A stretch of 64,000 nt of DNA from Candidatus Methanosuratincola verstraetei (GTDB lineage Archaea; Thermoproteota; Methanomethylicia; Methanomethylicales; Methanomethylicaceae): NCBI GenBank assembly GCA_049570475.1, contig CP186953.1:864001-928000 (forward strand), read 5' to 3'. The notes below the pieces were generated by a model, which had not been told where the DNA came from, did no database searches, and saw only the letters and a list, made by a program, of their open reading frames with translations. Every line of letters begins with the position of its first letter. The stretch's first letter is position 1. This document shows positions 8,407 to 18,828 of the stretch, one piece after another. The translations under genes and the position numbers were made by a program.

Positions 8407-10587
8407 TCACTTGACACGTACCGATGCAACGTTGGAGTATGCAGAAACTATGTCCAACGATGTGTTGAACGCCTGCACCCTGTATTTGCAGGATCCCGGA
8501 GGCGCAGTCGTGTCCACGAAGGAAGTGATGTTGGGACCCACCGCTGCTATTCGCACATACGCGGTGTACTTGTTCTTGTACCACACGGCACGTTCAATGT
8601 AAAAGCCTTCCTCGTTGTTCGAGTTGTCGGTCCATGTCAGCGTAGCATACCCTACGCTTCCGGTTGCCTTCAGATTCGTCGGTGGGCTCAATGAGACAGT
8701 GCTTTGGATTTCGACCGTCACCGTCACGCTGGTCGTGTCTGAAGCGCCCTTGTCGTCCTTCACTGTGAGTTTCGCAGTGTAGGTCCCCTTCTCCGTGTAC
8801 GTGTGCGCAACCGTGGCCCCCGTCCCTGTGTTGCCGTCGCCAAAGTCCCAGGAATAAGATACGATCTTCCCGTCTGGATCTGTCGATCCGCTCCCGTCAA
8901 AGCTTACCGCCAGAGGAGCATAACCGCTGGTCGGGTTGGCGATCACGTGTGCTGTCGGCGCAACGTTTTCTGTCTTTGGCATGTCGTCGATCCAGATGTA
9001 AATCTTGCCGGCATCAACACTCACAGGTAAGTTCGAGCATGCGCCGACCAGACTATCGCCCGTAGTGTCAACTTTGTAGAGACGGTATGACTCAACGGTT
9101 GCCGGATTTCCCGAAACCCTGTCGTTCACTTCCAAGAACCAACGGCTGCTGTTAGAGGCGTAGTTGACGAGATCAGTGAAGTCGAAGACGAACGTCGCAT
9201 TGCATATCGAAGTGGTCCCATCGAAAGCGTAGTTGCCCCCTGAATAGTACAGGGCTTCAGGCGTCCATTTCCAGTAGGGCGTGATATTAGTCGTGTTTCC
9301 AATCCCCAGCGTGATCGCAAGCTCCCCCCTCTTGAGGTGGCTGAGCGTAAACTCTGCGACCACCTTGGGCTCGTAGGATGCGCGGGCTGTGAGCGTGTAC
9401 GCTCCAGTCATCAATATCCCAGTTGCGGATCTGTCCGTTGGGGGCCATGTGCTGCTGGCACTAACCAAAGAGGACTGGTACAACGCGTCGTACGATACCC
9501 ACCTGAACCCGCCGTTCCAGTCGCTCGTCCCCCACGAATTGGCTATCTTAAAAGCTCCTTTCTCGCCCGGATCCACAACCTTGTTCCCATTGAGGTCGCA
9601 CCAGATATTGTCGTTGTATCCAACGATGGTCATCGCGTGCCCCCCGAGCTTAGTGTTCTTCATGTAGGTGGCTATCTTCTGTCCAACGAAGGCATCGTCC
9701 TCATATGTCAAGTTGTCATCAGCCACATACGACATGACCCAAGAATAAACGTAGGTGCCGAAGACTAGGATGTGCCCGTTTGCGAGCTGTGCCTTCAGAT
9801 CCAATATCATCTGGGTGGTGTTGGAATTGTATATCTGCCCCCAGGAGAGCGGTCGGTAGTTGATCGCATTGCGCCAAACCGACTGGTTTAAGCACCATTC
9901 GAGGTAGTTCTTATCGTAGGGGAATTCCGACCATGAGGCTGCACCGTGCTTCAACAGGAGGGCATACGCGTCCGAGAAGTATGCTCCAGCATCGACCCCG
10001 TTGTTGATCATGTTATACGTCCATTTCGGAGAGAAGATCATGTTGTTGTCGCCGTTGCTGGCAGTACGCCCGCGCGCCAGATTGGTCTCATACGTGAACT
10101 GGTAATATGTCGTCGCCCATGCCACGCACGACCCTATGCTTCCTTGGCTCCTGATGGGAGGGAAAGCGCTCAACAGACTGTTGTCAACACTGGACGGGAG
10201 GACGCTGTACTGATCCAGCGATAGTTCGCTCTCGGGGTATGCTGAAACTGCCTTGTACGCATAAGCCGATTCCCATCCGAGGGGCACCACACCCAGGTCC
10301 GTGCCAGACAGCCTTTGAAGGCCACGCGCCTCGCGCTCAGCATTGATGCGCTCTAGAGCCAGCGAGTTCAGGCGTACCCTCTCTATTACCGGAAAGTTTT
10401 CCTTCATCCAATTCTCTTGCGCAGCAGTCGGCTCCTTGAGACCCGTGGCTAATGTCTCTTCGTTGTTTTTATCGGGCAATGGGGCATTCCTTCCCATGAT
10501 GGCAGGCGTAGCGCTACAAACAAAAATGATGGCTAGTATGCACACCGAAAGTATTTTGCATTTTATCAATCCAGTACCCCCTTCCAT
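8407..10587 (-). CDS. Secreted papain-family (C1) cysteine peptidase with PKD and FN3 domains
   Basis: Signal peptide; QGSIGSCVAWA, GGHAMTIVGY, IANSWG catalytic motifs; WDFGDG PKD motif; LTWTDNSNNEEGF FN3 motif. Confidence 0.88.
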   Translation of the reverse strand: MEGGTGLIKCKILSVCILAIIFVCSATPAIMGRNAPLPDKNNEETLATGLKEPTAAQENWMKENFPVIERVRLNSLALERINAEREARGLQRLSGTDLGVVPLGWESAYAYKAVSAYPESELSLDQYSVLPSSVDNSLLSAFPPIRSQGSIGSCVAWATTYYQFTYETNLARGRTASNGDNNMIFSPKWTYNMINNGVDAGAYFSDAYALLLKHGAASWSEFPYDKNYLEWCLNQSVWRNAINYRPLSWGQIYNSNTTQMILDLKAQLANGHILVFGTYVYSWVMSYVADDNLTYEDDAFVGQKIATYMKNTKLGGHAMTIVGYNDNIWCDLNGNKVVDPGEKGAFKIANSWGTSDWNGGFRWVSYDALYQSSLVSASSTWPPTDRSATGILMTGAYTLTARASYEPKVVAEFTLSHLKRGELAITLGIGNTTNITPYWKWTPEALYYSGGNYAFDGTTSICNATFVFDFTDLVNYASNSSRWFLEVNDRVSGNPATVESYRLYKVDTTGDSLVGACSNLPVSVDAGKIYIWIDDMPKTENVAPTAHVIANPTSGYAPLAVSFDGSGSTDPDGKIVSYSWDFGDGNTGTGATVAHTYTEKGTYTAKLTVKDDKGASDTTSVTVTVEIQSTVSLSPPTNLKATGSVGYATLTWTDNSNNEEGFYIERAVWYKNKYTAYVRIAAVGPNITSFVDTTAPPGSCKYRVQAFNTSLDIVSAYSNVASVRVK

Positions 10588-10936
10588 AAATACTGTATTT
10601 TTGTTCTACAATTAAACAATGTTTTATAAAAGAGTTTCTGTTTCACAAAAACTTGATACGAAATTTTTTCTATTTTTTAAGTAAAATATTTTCAATATTT
10701 AAGACAATTTTGGCATACTTATTCATCAACTGATCTTGTGCCATCGATCGTTTCTTCCAGGGAGTTTCAGAAAGAAAAAACACAAGCGCAGGAAAAATGG
10801 ATTTCCATGGCTTAAAACAGGCTTTTCCTCCTCCTAGACGTTAGGTAGGGACTCTGAGCGGGTGTATTTCTTTATTTTCCTTGGTCCTCAAAACTCGCCC
10901 CTCTTCCTAAGGTTGGTTTATAATGCCAAAAATGCC

Positions 10937-11722
10937 TCAATACTCCTTGTAGTCTTTAAGAATCGGGATTTTTTCCCTAGCCGCCATGACCCTTTCCCTT
11001 CTCAAGCACCCGATAATGATCCCCTCCTCAGACCCTGCCCTTCTCACGACCCTCCCCCAAGGATCTATTATGCAGCTGTGCCCGTAGTACCTGAACCTGT
11101 TCTCTTCTGCACCAGCTTGGTTCGCGGCAATGATGTATGCCTGGTTCTCTATCGCCCTCGCCCTCAAGAGCGGCATCCAGTGGGCCCTGCCTGTCTCCTC
11201 TAGGAACGCCGCCGCGTTGACTATGACCTCCGCGCCCAGCAGAGCCTCAGCCCTGAACAGCTCCGGGAACCTCAGATCGTAGCAGATCGTTATCCCGACC
11301 TTAGCCCCTAGAAGATCAAGGACGGCAGGGGAATCACCGGCTGCAAAGACTTGACTTTCGTTTATCTTGCCGTAGTTGAAGAGGTGGTTCTTCCTGTACT
11401 TCCCTACCGCCTCCCCCTCGGCCAATACGAAGGCGGTGTTGTAAAGCCTCTCCCCTTCTCTCTCGATTATGCTCCCCGCCACTATAGCCATTCCTTCCTC
11501 CTTGGAGATCTCCTTCAGCCTCCTGATTGTCTCCCCTTCTTCCCCCTCTGCATTAGGGAGGCACCAGTCCTTCTCCATCCTCCGCGGAAGGAAATTGAAG
11601 AGCTCCGGGAGCACCGCGAGTTCCGCTCCCCTAACCGCCGCCTCCCTGACCATCCGGGCTGCCTTCTCCAAGTTCGCTCTCTTGTCCTCCCCGCTTGCCA
11701 TCTGGAGCACCGCAACTTTCAA
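10937..11722 (-). CDS. Carbon-nitrogen hydrolase (Nit/omega-amidase family)
   Basis: LPELF, YRKNHLF, ICYDLRFPELFR, RARAIENQ. Confidence 0.92.
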   Translation of the reverse strand: MKVAVLQMASGEDKRANLEKAARMVREAAVRGAELAVLPELFNFLPRRMEKDWCLPNAEGEEGETIRRLKEISKEEGMAIVAGSIIEREGERLYNTAFVLAEGEAVGKYRKNHLFNYGKINESQVFAAGDSPAVLDLLGAKVGITICYDLRFPELFRAEALLGAEVIVNAAAFLEETGRAHWMPLLRARAIENQAYIIAANQAGAEENRFRYYGHSCIIDPWGRVVRRAGSEEGIIIGCLRRERVMAAREKIPILKDYKEY

Positions 11723-11850
11723 GCGATCTGCCCCCTCCCACCATTGCTAATGCGACGCACACACTTGAGCATTGCTCCCGGGAAAGGGTAAGAAATTCTT
11801 ATATACTTGAAATGTTTTATTGCCATGCTCTAAACCGGAGGTGTAAGGTA

Positions 11851-11994
11851 ATGCCGCAATGTTCGCTGTTTGAAGTCTATAAGACCCCGTCTGGTAGCGT
11901 TTATTATATCTGCCACCGCCCGCCGTTCGGCGAGGAAGGCACGATGCTTCCAAACGGAGAACTCCAGTGTCAGAAGTGTGACAAGAGGAAGTAA
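11851..11994 (+). CDS. Small Cys-rich hypothetical protein (47 aa)
   Basis: GGAGGTG RBS 7 nt before ATG, TTATATA upstream, fills the intergenic gap; C, CH and CQKC residues. Confidence 0.55.
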   Translation: MPQCSLFEVYKTPSGSVYYICHRPPFGEEGTMLPNGELQCQKCDKRK

Positions 11995-12019
11995 CCGCTC
12001 AGACTTTCCTATTTCTTGG

Positions 12020-12298
12020 CTATTTTTTTGAGGCCAAGTTAAACGGTTTGCCCCTTTCTGCAATTTCCGCTGGGATTTTTTCTTTCCATCGCTCCAGAAA
12101 CTCCAAATCCTCCTCGGGGTTTCTCATGTCGTCCGGAAGCATATGCGGTATGTCATCAATTATTGGATACCATCTGTTGCAGTTTTTGCATATCAACACC
12201 CCTTCGTTTATCTCATCCGATTCCCTGATGACTTGTAAATCGAGCGGGTGGTGCTTACAGATTGGGCATGCGAGTATGTCCAAAAGTCTCCTCTTCAT
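12020..12298 (-). CDS. Trm112-family methyltransferase activator
   Basis: [15 protein letters not shown]...[22 protein letters not shown]. Confidence 0.88.
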   Translation of the reverse strand: MKRRLLDILACPICKHHPLDLQVIRESDEINEGVLICKNCNRWYPIIDDIPHMLPDDMRNPEEDLEFLERWKEKIPAEIAERGKPFNLASKK

Positions 12299-12493
12299 CC
12301 ATAATCCCTGATTAGATTTACCAGGTAACATTAATAACATTATCCGGGATGCGACATGCAGCTTTTGCCTACCCGCCCGACCATTTTTCCATGCCGGTCC
12401 AATGCCAAGATTCCAAGCATTTTTTATATTCAACCTCTTTTCAAATTAAGGTTGATTAAATTGAGAGAATTCGATCCTCAGTTTCTTGGTAGA

Positions 12494-14620
12494 ATGGAGA
12501 AGCTGGAGTTGATATTGAATTCTGTGAATGCGATAATCTGCGAGTTGGACCTCCAGGCAAGGATAACTTGGATCAACAGGTTTGGCCTCGAGTTCTTCGG
12601 GTACCGTGAGGATGAAATCCTGGGCAGGAGCGTATACGAGACAATAGTCCCAAAAAAAGAATCTACCGGTAGGGATCTTTCTAGCCTCTTCCGTGAAGTA
12701 ATTGAGAACGGCTCGGAGCTCGTGCCAAAAATCAACGAAAATTTGAAGAAGGATGGCAGTAGGGTTTGGGTCTACTGGTCAAACAAGGTCCTCAGGGACC
12801 ATGAAGGCAGGCCATTGTCCGTCATATCTTCCGGTATAGACATAACCGAAAAAGTGAATCTCAGAAGAAAGCTGGATAAAGAGTACCGAAGGAGCAGTTC
12901 GCTCATTCGGATACTGGGGCTGTTGATGGACTCGAGCGCCTCGTTGGAGGGGATCGCCGATGCCGTCCTACAGGAAGCTAAAGCGCTGACTAGCAGTCGG
13001 CACGGAATTGTAGCAACTTTAGACGAGCAATATGTGCGGCTGTCCGCCCACGCATTGAAGGGGGCTCATGAGTGCAAGGCAAGGTCTTCTAGCGGGCTTC
13101 TTCCTGACAATGGAGGGAAATACCCGACTCTTCTCGGTCACGCCATCAACACGGGGGAAGCCTTCTTCACCAATTCCCCAAGGGACCACCCGTCGTACAA
13201 GGGCTTTCCAGAGGGGCATCTTGACGTCGAGCGCTTGCTGGTAGTTCCAGTATTTGCTGGGTCGAATAACGCCCGAATAGCCGCTCTTATAGCCCTAGCA
13301 AACCCGGAAAGGGATTACATCGATGATGACATTGAAAATGTTGGCTTTCTTGCAAAATATCTCGGGATTGAGCTGAGCAGAAGGTCATTAGAACGAAGAT
13401 TGATCGAAAGCGAGGGGTTCTACAAAACCCTCTTCGAAAACAACCCTGTTCCAATGTTCCAAGTGGACAAGGAAGGGATGATCACAAAGGTGAACAAAAG
13501 TTTCGAGGCACTTTTTGGCTACTCCAAAGACGAAGTTGAAGGAAAGGTTTTATGGAAAGCGTTATTCCATCCCGACGAGCTTCCTAGGCTGGACTTCTTC
13601 TGGCAACAGCTCCTCTTTGGCGCGCCTGCACCACAAATATATGAGACAAAGGGAGTAACCAAGAGCGGGAGCCTTCTGGAAGTATCCGTCAGCGTATTCA
13701 AAGGAGAAGAGGTTTTCTCTATTTCAGTTATCGACCTGACGGAGATCAGATCTCTGATCAGGGACCTTGAGAAGAAAAACGCGGAACTAAGAAGCTATTC
13801 GGAGAACTTGGAGAAGATGGTCGAAAAGAAGACCTTTGAAGTGTTGGATAAAGAGAGACTTGCCGCAATTGGCGAAACTGCCCTGATGATAGGACACGAC
13901 CTGCGGAACCCGCTTCAAGCCCTCTTGAACTCGACATACATAATGGAGGTGTCATTGAACGGAATCCCCGCCGAAAAGCGATCCGATCTTGAAAAGGTAA
14001 TTGAGACTTTGCGCCGCAATATCTACTACATGAACAAAATAGTCTCTGATCTGCAGGACTTCAGCAAACCCTTCAGGGTAGAGAAGTCGCTTGTCAAGTT
14101 GAGCGAACCTGTAAACCTTGCCTTAAAAGACATTACCATCCCAGAAAACATCAAGCTGGAGATGGATGTTGGGCAGGAAGAGATCCTCTTGGATCTATGG
14201 CTCATTTCTAGGGCGCTTAGGAACTTGATCAACAACGGCATCCAGGCGATGACCTCTGGCGGCAAGATCAAGATAAGTGGGGCGGTCGAGCTGGCTATAC
14301 AGTTGGGAGCGGATGGGGGGTCAAGCAGCGTTTCCAAAGGGCTCCAAAACGTAGAGCCTGGGAGCATTGCAACCTCGCCCGCGCATGAAAGAGTCGTGGC
14401 TGTGTATTCTGTTTACGATCAGGGCGAGGGGATCCCAAAGGAAATCCGGAACAACCTTTTCAAACCATTCAGGACCACCAAGGCAAAAGGCACAGGCCTG
14501 GGTCTTGCCATAGTTAAGCGAATAGTGGATGCGCTCGGAGGGACGATATCAGTCGAATCTGAATATGGAAAGGGTACAACTTTCACGCTGAAGATCCCTG
14601 CAGAAAGACTTAAAATTTGA
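12494..14620 (+). CDS. Cytoplasmic sensor histidine kinase, PAS-GAF-PAS-HisKA-HATPase
   Basis: PAS repeats (FFGYREDEILGR, LFGYSKDEVEGK), H-box GHDLRNPL, NLINNG, DQGEGI, GTGLGL. Confidence 0.92.
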   Translation: MEKLELILNSVNAIICELDLQARITWINRFGLEFFGYREDEILGRSVYETIVPKKESTGRDLSSLFREVIENGSELVPKINENLKKDGSRVWVYWSNKVLRDHEGRPLSVISSGIDITEKVNLRRKLDKEYRRSSSLIRILGLLMDSSASLEGIADAVLQEAKALTSSRHGIVATLDEQYVRLSAHALKGAHECKARSSSGLLPDNGGKYPTLLGHAINTGEAFFTNSPRDHPSYKGFPEGHLDVERLLVVPVFAGSNNARIAALIALANPERDYIDDDIENVGFLAKYLGIELSRRSLERRLIESEGFYKTLFENNPVPMFQVDKEGMITKVNKSFEALFGYSKDEVEGKVLWKALFHPDELPRLDFFWQQLLFGAPAPQIYETKGVTKSGSLLEVSVSVFKGEEVFSISVIDLTEIRSLIRDLEKKNAELRSYSENLEKMVEKKTFEVLDKERLAAIGETALMIGHDLRNPLQALLNSTYIMEVSLNGIPAEKRSDLEKVIETLRRNIYYMNKIVSDLQDFSKPFRVEKSLVKLSEPVNLALKDITIPENIKLEMDVGQEEILLDLWLISRALRNLINNGIQAMTSGGKIKISGAVELAIQLGADGGSSSVSKGLQNVEPGSIATSPAHERVVAVYSVYDQGEGIPKEIRNNLFKPFRTTKAKGTGLGLAIVKRIVDALGGTISVESEYGKGTTFTLKIPAERLKI

Positions 14621-14992
14621 ATGCCAACTCCTTTTTTGCCAAAATCAAGACTGTGGGCTTTTTTCAGCGTAGCTGACGGCGTCAATTGAAGCCAAAATCC
14701 GCAGGCTTGGACAATATTTCATGTTAGGCTATTGAACCTTTGGTTAGCGCCGTTGCATATTCTGCGGTCTTTCCTAACTGATGCTCACAGGTAAGGCTGG
14801 GACTGCCTGTTTATTTGTCGACTAATTGCCTACCCAGTTTGAAATGTTTTGAATGGCTGTTTTCAACGCCAAAAGTTAGGGAAAACAGGGCTGCAGACTT
14901 TGACAGCGGATCATTTTAACCTCCAAAATCCTCTATTTTCATAAAGACGGGAACCCCGAAAAACTAGAGCTTTTTGGCTTTTGGATTAGTGT

Positions 14993-15038
14993 GAAGCTTA
15001 GCCTACTCCATGGAGTCCTAGACTCGTAGGTGGCTCAC
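14993..15038 (+). mobile_element. Possible degenerate IS200/IS605 right-end remnant
   Basis: GAAGCT..CCTAC..GTAGG-TGGCTCAC hairpin ending in TCAC; no transposase or tnpB nearby. Confidence 0.3.
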
Positions 15039-15187
15039 AGATGTACTTTCGCGGCTAGACTTGAAATCATGCGTTATCTATGAATCTGAAATGCTCAGCC
15101 TTTCAATAAGGGAATGCCCAAGTCATAGAATGCTCAGGAAAATAGATGCTCTTTGTCGAGCCTTCAGCTAATGTGCAAGATCGGGCT

Positions 15188-15270
15188 CGGCGTTGATCGG
15201 TCGCCGAGGTCCTTCGTGCTACGGCTTGGACGGCGACGGTCATCGCCTCTTGATGTCGCGGTTATATATA
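15188..15270 (+). promoter_or_regulatory. arlB promoter: two GGCGW-N6/7-TCGCC pseudo-palindromes plus TATA box
   Basis: CGGCGT-tgatcgg-TCGCCG (15188-15206), GGCGA-cggtca-TCGCCT (15232-15248), TTATATATA (15262-15270). Confidence 0.6.
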
Positions 15271-15303
15271 TTTAATTTCTGATGCTCTGCCAAGGTGCAG
15301 AAA

Positions 15304-15972
15304 ATGGCAAGGAATATAAGAATGAACCGAAAGGGTTTGACGGGCATCGAGACCGCAATTATCGTCATTGCCTTCGTAATAGCAGCCTCGGTCTTCGCGT
15401 TCGCGGTCCTGAACATGGGTCTCCTGACAACTGCAAAGGCGCAGGACGCAATAGTTTCGGGCGTGGGTCAGGCCCAGTCCTCGCTGAAGATCACGAGCGT
15501 CTACGCCTACAGCGATAACGAGGGCTCTGATGCGAAGTGTAAGGGAGTGGCGATATTGGTGCAGCCGTCGGGCACTGCCAACGTTGACTTCACGCCGACC
15601 AAGGTCGCGATCTCGTACAAGAACGCAAACGTGGCCTACCCGGACGTCTACGAGGGCAATGGAAATGAACTATTCATAACCAAGTCCGCCTTCATGGCTT
15701 CGAACGGCAGCTACAAGGGCGACCTGTACAACCTGCTGGACATCGACCACACCTGCGTGGTTGTCGAGATCCAGGGCGACGGCGACATGCTGCTGGAGCA
15801 GGGCGAAGTCTTCGCGATCTACATCAACCTTGATAAGGTCGGGAATACCGCACTTCTCAATGTGTACGACCACTTCACCACCGAGGTCATACCGGGCCAG
15901 GGCTCGAAGCTGACCTTCACCGGGACGATGCCTGCGAGCATACTCAAGGTGATGATACTCTCAGGGTCCTGA
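15304..15972 (+). CDS. arlB: Archaellin
   Basis: Class III signal peptide RKG|LTGIETAIIVIAFVIAASVFAFAVLNMG; GDGDMLLEQGE motif. Confidence 0.95.
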   Translation: MARNIRMNRKGLTGIETAIIVIAFVIAASVFAFAVLNMGLLTTAKAQDAIVSGVGQAQSSLKITSVYAYSDNEGSDAKCKGVAILVQPSGTANVDFTPTKVAISYKNANVAYPDVYEGNGNELFITKSAFMASNGSYKGDLYNLLDIDHTCVVVEIQGDGDMLLEQGEVFAIYINLDKVGNTALLNVYDHFTTEVIPGQGSKLTFTGTMPASILKVMILSGS

Positions 15973-15987
15973 GAGGATCCGCCAAAC

Positions 15988-16021
15988 CTCCTTTTTCCCC
16001 TTTTTCTCATAATACTTTTTC
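15988..16021 (+). terminator. Oligo-T terminator after arlB
   Basis: CTCCTTTTTCCCTTTTTCTC..CTTTTT directly after the stop codon. Confidence 0.5.
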
Positions 16022-16523
16022 ACAATGAGCTGAAGTATCTTTTGACCTGCAAGATCTAGCCCCAGCCTTCATGTTTGTACCTCCTCTTCCACCAAGGATA
16101 TGGGTCGCTGCATCCCTTTGCATTTGTCATTGAAGAAGGGCTCGTCGGGACTCCTCTTTTCTTTCTTTCAGATCGATAAATGCAGCCATGCCCATGCGCC
16201 CAGTTGCCTATGGCTTTTGAGGCACCTAACATACATCGCCTCGCCATCCTCCCGTCGCTCTCGAGCCGATTAGGCTGCAATTTTTCACGAGCTTGCATAG
16301 TCCATTCCCCCGGGGCGCATGACCCGTCTGATCATCAGCTGAGAAAAGCCCGCTTTCCAACGGCATCATGGATAAGGAAAAATTTAGCCTGTCAAGCGTT
16401 CATTCGCAAACATCTTTCATGGAACTTTTTCCCCTCTTTCTTTGGCTTCTTTCCTGTTAGCAGCAAAACTTCCCGTTTTCTTTAACCATGCTTTCGTTTC
16501 CCGGTGCCAGCTTCCATGCTCCG

Positions 16524-16560
16524 AAGCGTTTACTGGTCGCCTAAAGTGATTCCTTTTAAA
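16524..16560 (+). promoter_or_regulatory. Motility motif and TATA box upstream of the arlCDE-G-F-H-I-J operon
   Basis: AAGCGT-ttactgg-TCGCCT followed by TTTTAAA. Confidence 0.6.
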
Positions 16561-16624
16561 GACACCCTTGGTCTATCAATTGTCGATAAGTCCAGTGTGG
16601 TGGACTGCCCCCGGGGGTCTTTGA

Positions 16625-17665
16625 TTGTCGCTGCTGAAGGAAGAAGGCGAAGACATAGGGATGAAGGTAATCCAGCTTGAGGAGAAGACGAACAAGCTGG
16701 AGGGAGCCGTGGCAGAAATCTCTAAGGAGACCCGCGCGGTTCTGAGCGACGTCAGGGTGGTGCTGACTGAGCTCGAGAACCCGATGAACTACCTGAAGGG
16801 GCTGGGCATAGACGAAGTAATGCTCACCATGGCGGAGAACATCACCGAGAACAAGCTCAAGGAGTTTATGGAGAAGCGCCTAGAGTCACTCGTCCGCACC
16901 GTCGTCGAGGGCAAGCTCAAGGAGACGGTCAACAACCTGATAGCCGAGTTCATGGAAAAGGAGGCCGGCTCAATAATCGAGGGCAAGGTCAGGGAGATGA
17001 AGGAGAAGGGGATACTGAAGGTCCCCATAGACGTCGAGGAGCTGAGGAAGGCGCTGGACAGCAAGCTGAGCGAGGCTCTGGAATCCGGCGCCCTAGACAG
17101 CCTCGTTGGCAGGGTGAAGGGCGAGCTCTTGGAGTCGCTGAAAGGGGAGATGGGATCGAAGCTCGCGAAGGACAGGCAGACATTGGACTCCCTGAAGGCT
17201 GCGTTGAAGCAGGAGATTCTCGCCGAGATGGCTGCACAGGGGCAGTGCGCAGCGCGTGCCCCCGAAGAAACGCAGGTTGCAAACGCCGCTGCCCAGCCTG
17301 CCCAGCAACAGCAGAGGGAGGCACAGAAGCGCCCAATCTCGATCGTCGGCACTACGGCCTGCGCTGCCGCGCTGGTGAGGATCTTCGGCAGGAGGGGCGC
17401 TGAGCGGGTCGTGGACGACAACTACAGGCTCGGCAGGATCAACGAGGACGCCAGGTCCTCGCTAATGAGGGCGATCAGCATAATGTGCGCGAGCGATCCG
17501 GTCGACGTCCCCTACGAGAGGGAGTGCACCGTCGAGGAGCACCTCCTGGTGACCTACATGTTCGAGAGGCTTGGCAACGGCGGCAGCGACCTGGACTTCA
17601 TGGTCCTTACAAATCTCCTCGGCAACAGCTCGCCAGCAAAGGGAAGGGGAGGCATAAAAGACTGA
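16625..17665 (+). CDS. ArlC/D/E-like archaellum accessory (switch) protein
   Basis: Position between arlB and arlG; N-terminal coiled coil with ELENPMNY; C-terminal divergent FlaD/E-like region (LVRIFGRRGAERVVDDNYRLGRI...EEHLLVTYMFERL). Confidence 0.6.
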   Translation: MSLLKEEGEDIGMKVIQLEEKTNKLEGAVAEISKETRAVLSDVRVVLTELENPMNYLKGLGIDEVMLTMAENITENKLKEFMEKRLESLVRTVVEGKLKETVNNLIAEFMEKEAGSIIEGKVREMKEKGILKVPIDVEELRKALDSKLSEALESGALDSLVGRVKGELLESLKGEMGSKLAKDRQTLDSLKAALKQEILAEMAAQGQCAARAPEETQVANAAAQPAQQQQREAQKRPISIVGTTACAAALVRIFGRRGAERVVDDNYRLGRINEDARSSLMRAISIMCASDPVDVPYERECTVEEHLLVTYMFERLGNGGSDLDFMVLTNLLGNSSPAKGRGGIKD

Positions 17666-17701
17666 TAGGAAATTTCGCAGATACAGCAGGGTGGTAACGG
17701 G

Positions 17702-18181
17702 TTGAGCTCGGTCCTGACCGAAGGCATACTCACGATAGCGGTTGTTATAGCGGCTTCGACGGTAGCTGCGGTCTTCGTGCAGAGCTCCTACCAGCTGAAC
17801 CAAGCGCAGAGCTCCTACTTCGCGATGGCTAGCGACTCCGCGTCGACCGCCGTGAGGGTGGTCTTCGCGATAAACTCCTCGGAGAGGGGGATCACGGCTT
17901 GGGTTAAGAACACGGGCAGGAGCTACTTCAGCGAGGGGCAGATCAGGCAGTTTGACGTCTTCGCTGGGCCAGCAGGCGCCCCCAAGTACATCCCGTACAA
18001 CGGAACCTTCTCCGGATGGTCCTTCTCGATCGCCAGCGACTACGATAGCGACGGCAACCTAGACCCAGGTGAAACGCTCCAGATATCGATCTGGCTCGAC
18101 TACAGCGTCTCGGCAGGGGATTACGTTGTCAAGGTGGTCACGCACAATGGCATATCCGACACTTACCAGCTCTCGCTTTAG
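17702..18181 (+). CDS. arlG: Archaellum accessory protein ArlG
   Basis: SSVLTEGILTIAVVIAAS, WVKNTG, DGNLDPGETLQI, VVTHNG. Confidence 0.85.
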   Translation: MSSVLTEGILTIAVVIAASTVAAVFVQSSYQLNQAQSSYFAMASDSASTAVRVVFAINSSERGITAWVKNTGRSYFSEGQIRQFDVFAGPAGAPKYIPYNGTFSGWSFSIASDYDSDGNLDPGETLQISIWLDYSVSAGDYVVKVVTHNGISDTYQLSL

Positions 18182-18196
18182 AGGAGGCATCCTGGC

Positions 18197-18709
18197 TTGA
18201 GCGGGTTCGGCGGGGCTTTTGCAGCCGCAATGGTCGGGGTGGTCTTCGTGGTCGCCATGTCCTCGATGGCTTCGATGACCGTCTCCTACATGGGTCTATA
18301 CCAGAAGCTCGAGGCCCCGACACCGGATCGGGTCTCAATCTCGATAGACGGGGGGAGGATCGCCTCCGGGGGCACCGAGCTTCTCGTCAATATGACCCTC
18401 CTCGCAGGATCCGACCCAATGAGCCTCAGGGACCTCGCCCGGTCGGATGCGTTCATAGTTTACTCGAGCGGAGGGGATCGGGTCTTCGAGCGGGTTGGTT
18501 ACGGAGAAGGATGGAGGATCCTGGCGGTAACGGTCGGGGGGCAGCCCGAGCTGGTCAGCCCAATCCGTGGATCCAGCGGGATGTGGGATCCTGGCGAGAC
18601 CATAGAGATGTCGGTCTCACCTTCCATGCCAGTCGACGCGGGATCCCCCTGGCTCTTCAAGTTCGCGACAGCTGGAGGCGGAGTTTTTTCGATGACATTC
18701 GGGGGATGA
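18197..18709 (+). CDS. arlF: Archaellum accessory protein ArlF
   Basis: MSGFG N-terminal TM, WDPGET motif, synteny between arlG and arlH. Confidence 0.7.
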   Translation: MSGFGGAFAAAMVGVVFVVAMSSMASMTVSYMGLYQKLEAPTPDRVSISIDGGRIASGGTELLVNMTLLAGSDPMSLRDLARSDAFIVYSSGGDRVFERVGYGEGWRILAVTVGGQPELVSPIRGSSGMWDPGETIEMSVSPSMPVDAGSPWLFKFATAGGGVFSMTFGG

Positions 18710-18828
18710 TCCTTTGAGCATTGGCATCTGCGGATTGTACCTGCCAGCAGGGCTGCGGAACCTTGGTTGTGCAGCGGCGCGGTCGGACTTGCTTGGCGTG
18801 GATAAAAGAGGCATTGGGGGTGAATGAA

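Noticed and set aside
15973-16624. Short ORFs or an ncRNA in the 650-bp gap after arlB
   Set aside because: ORFs lack an RBS or motifs, and no convincing structure was seen
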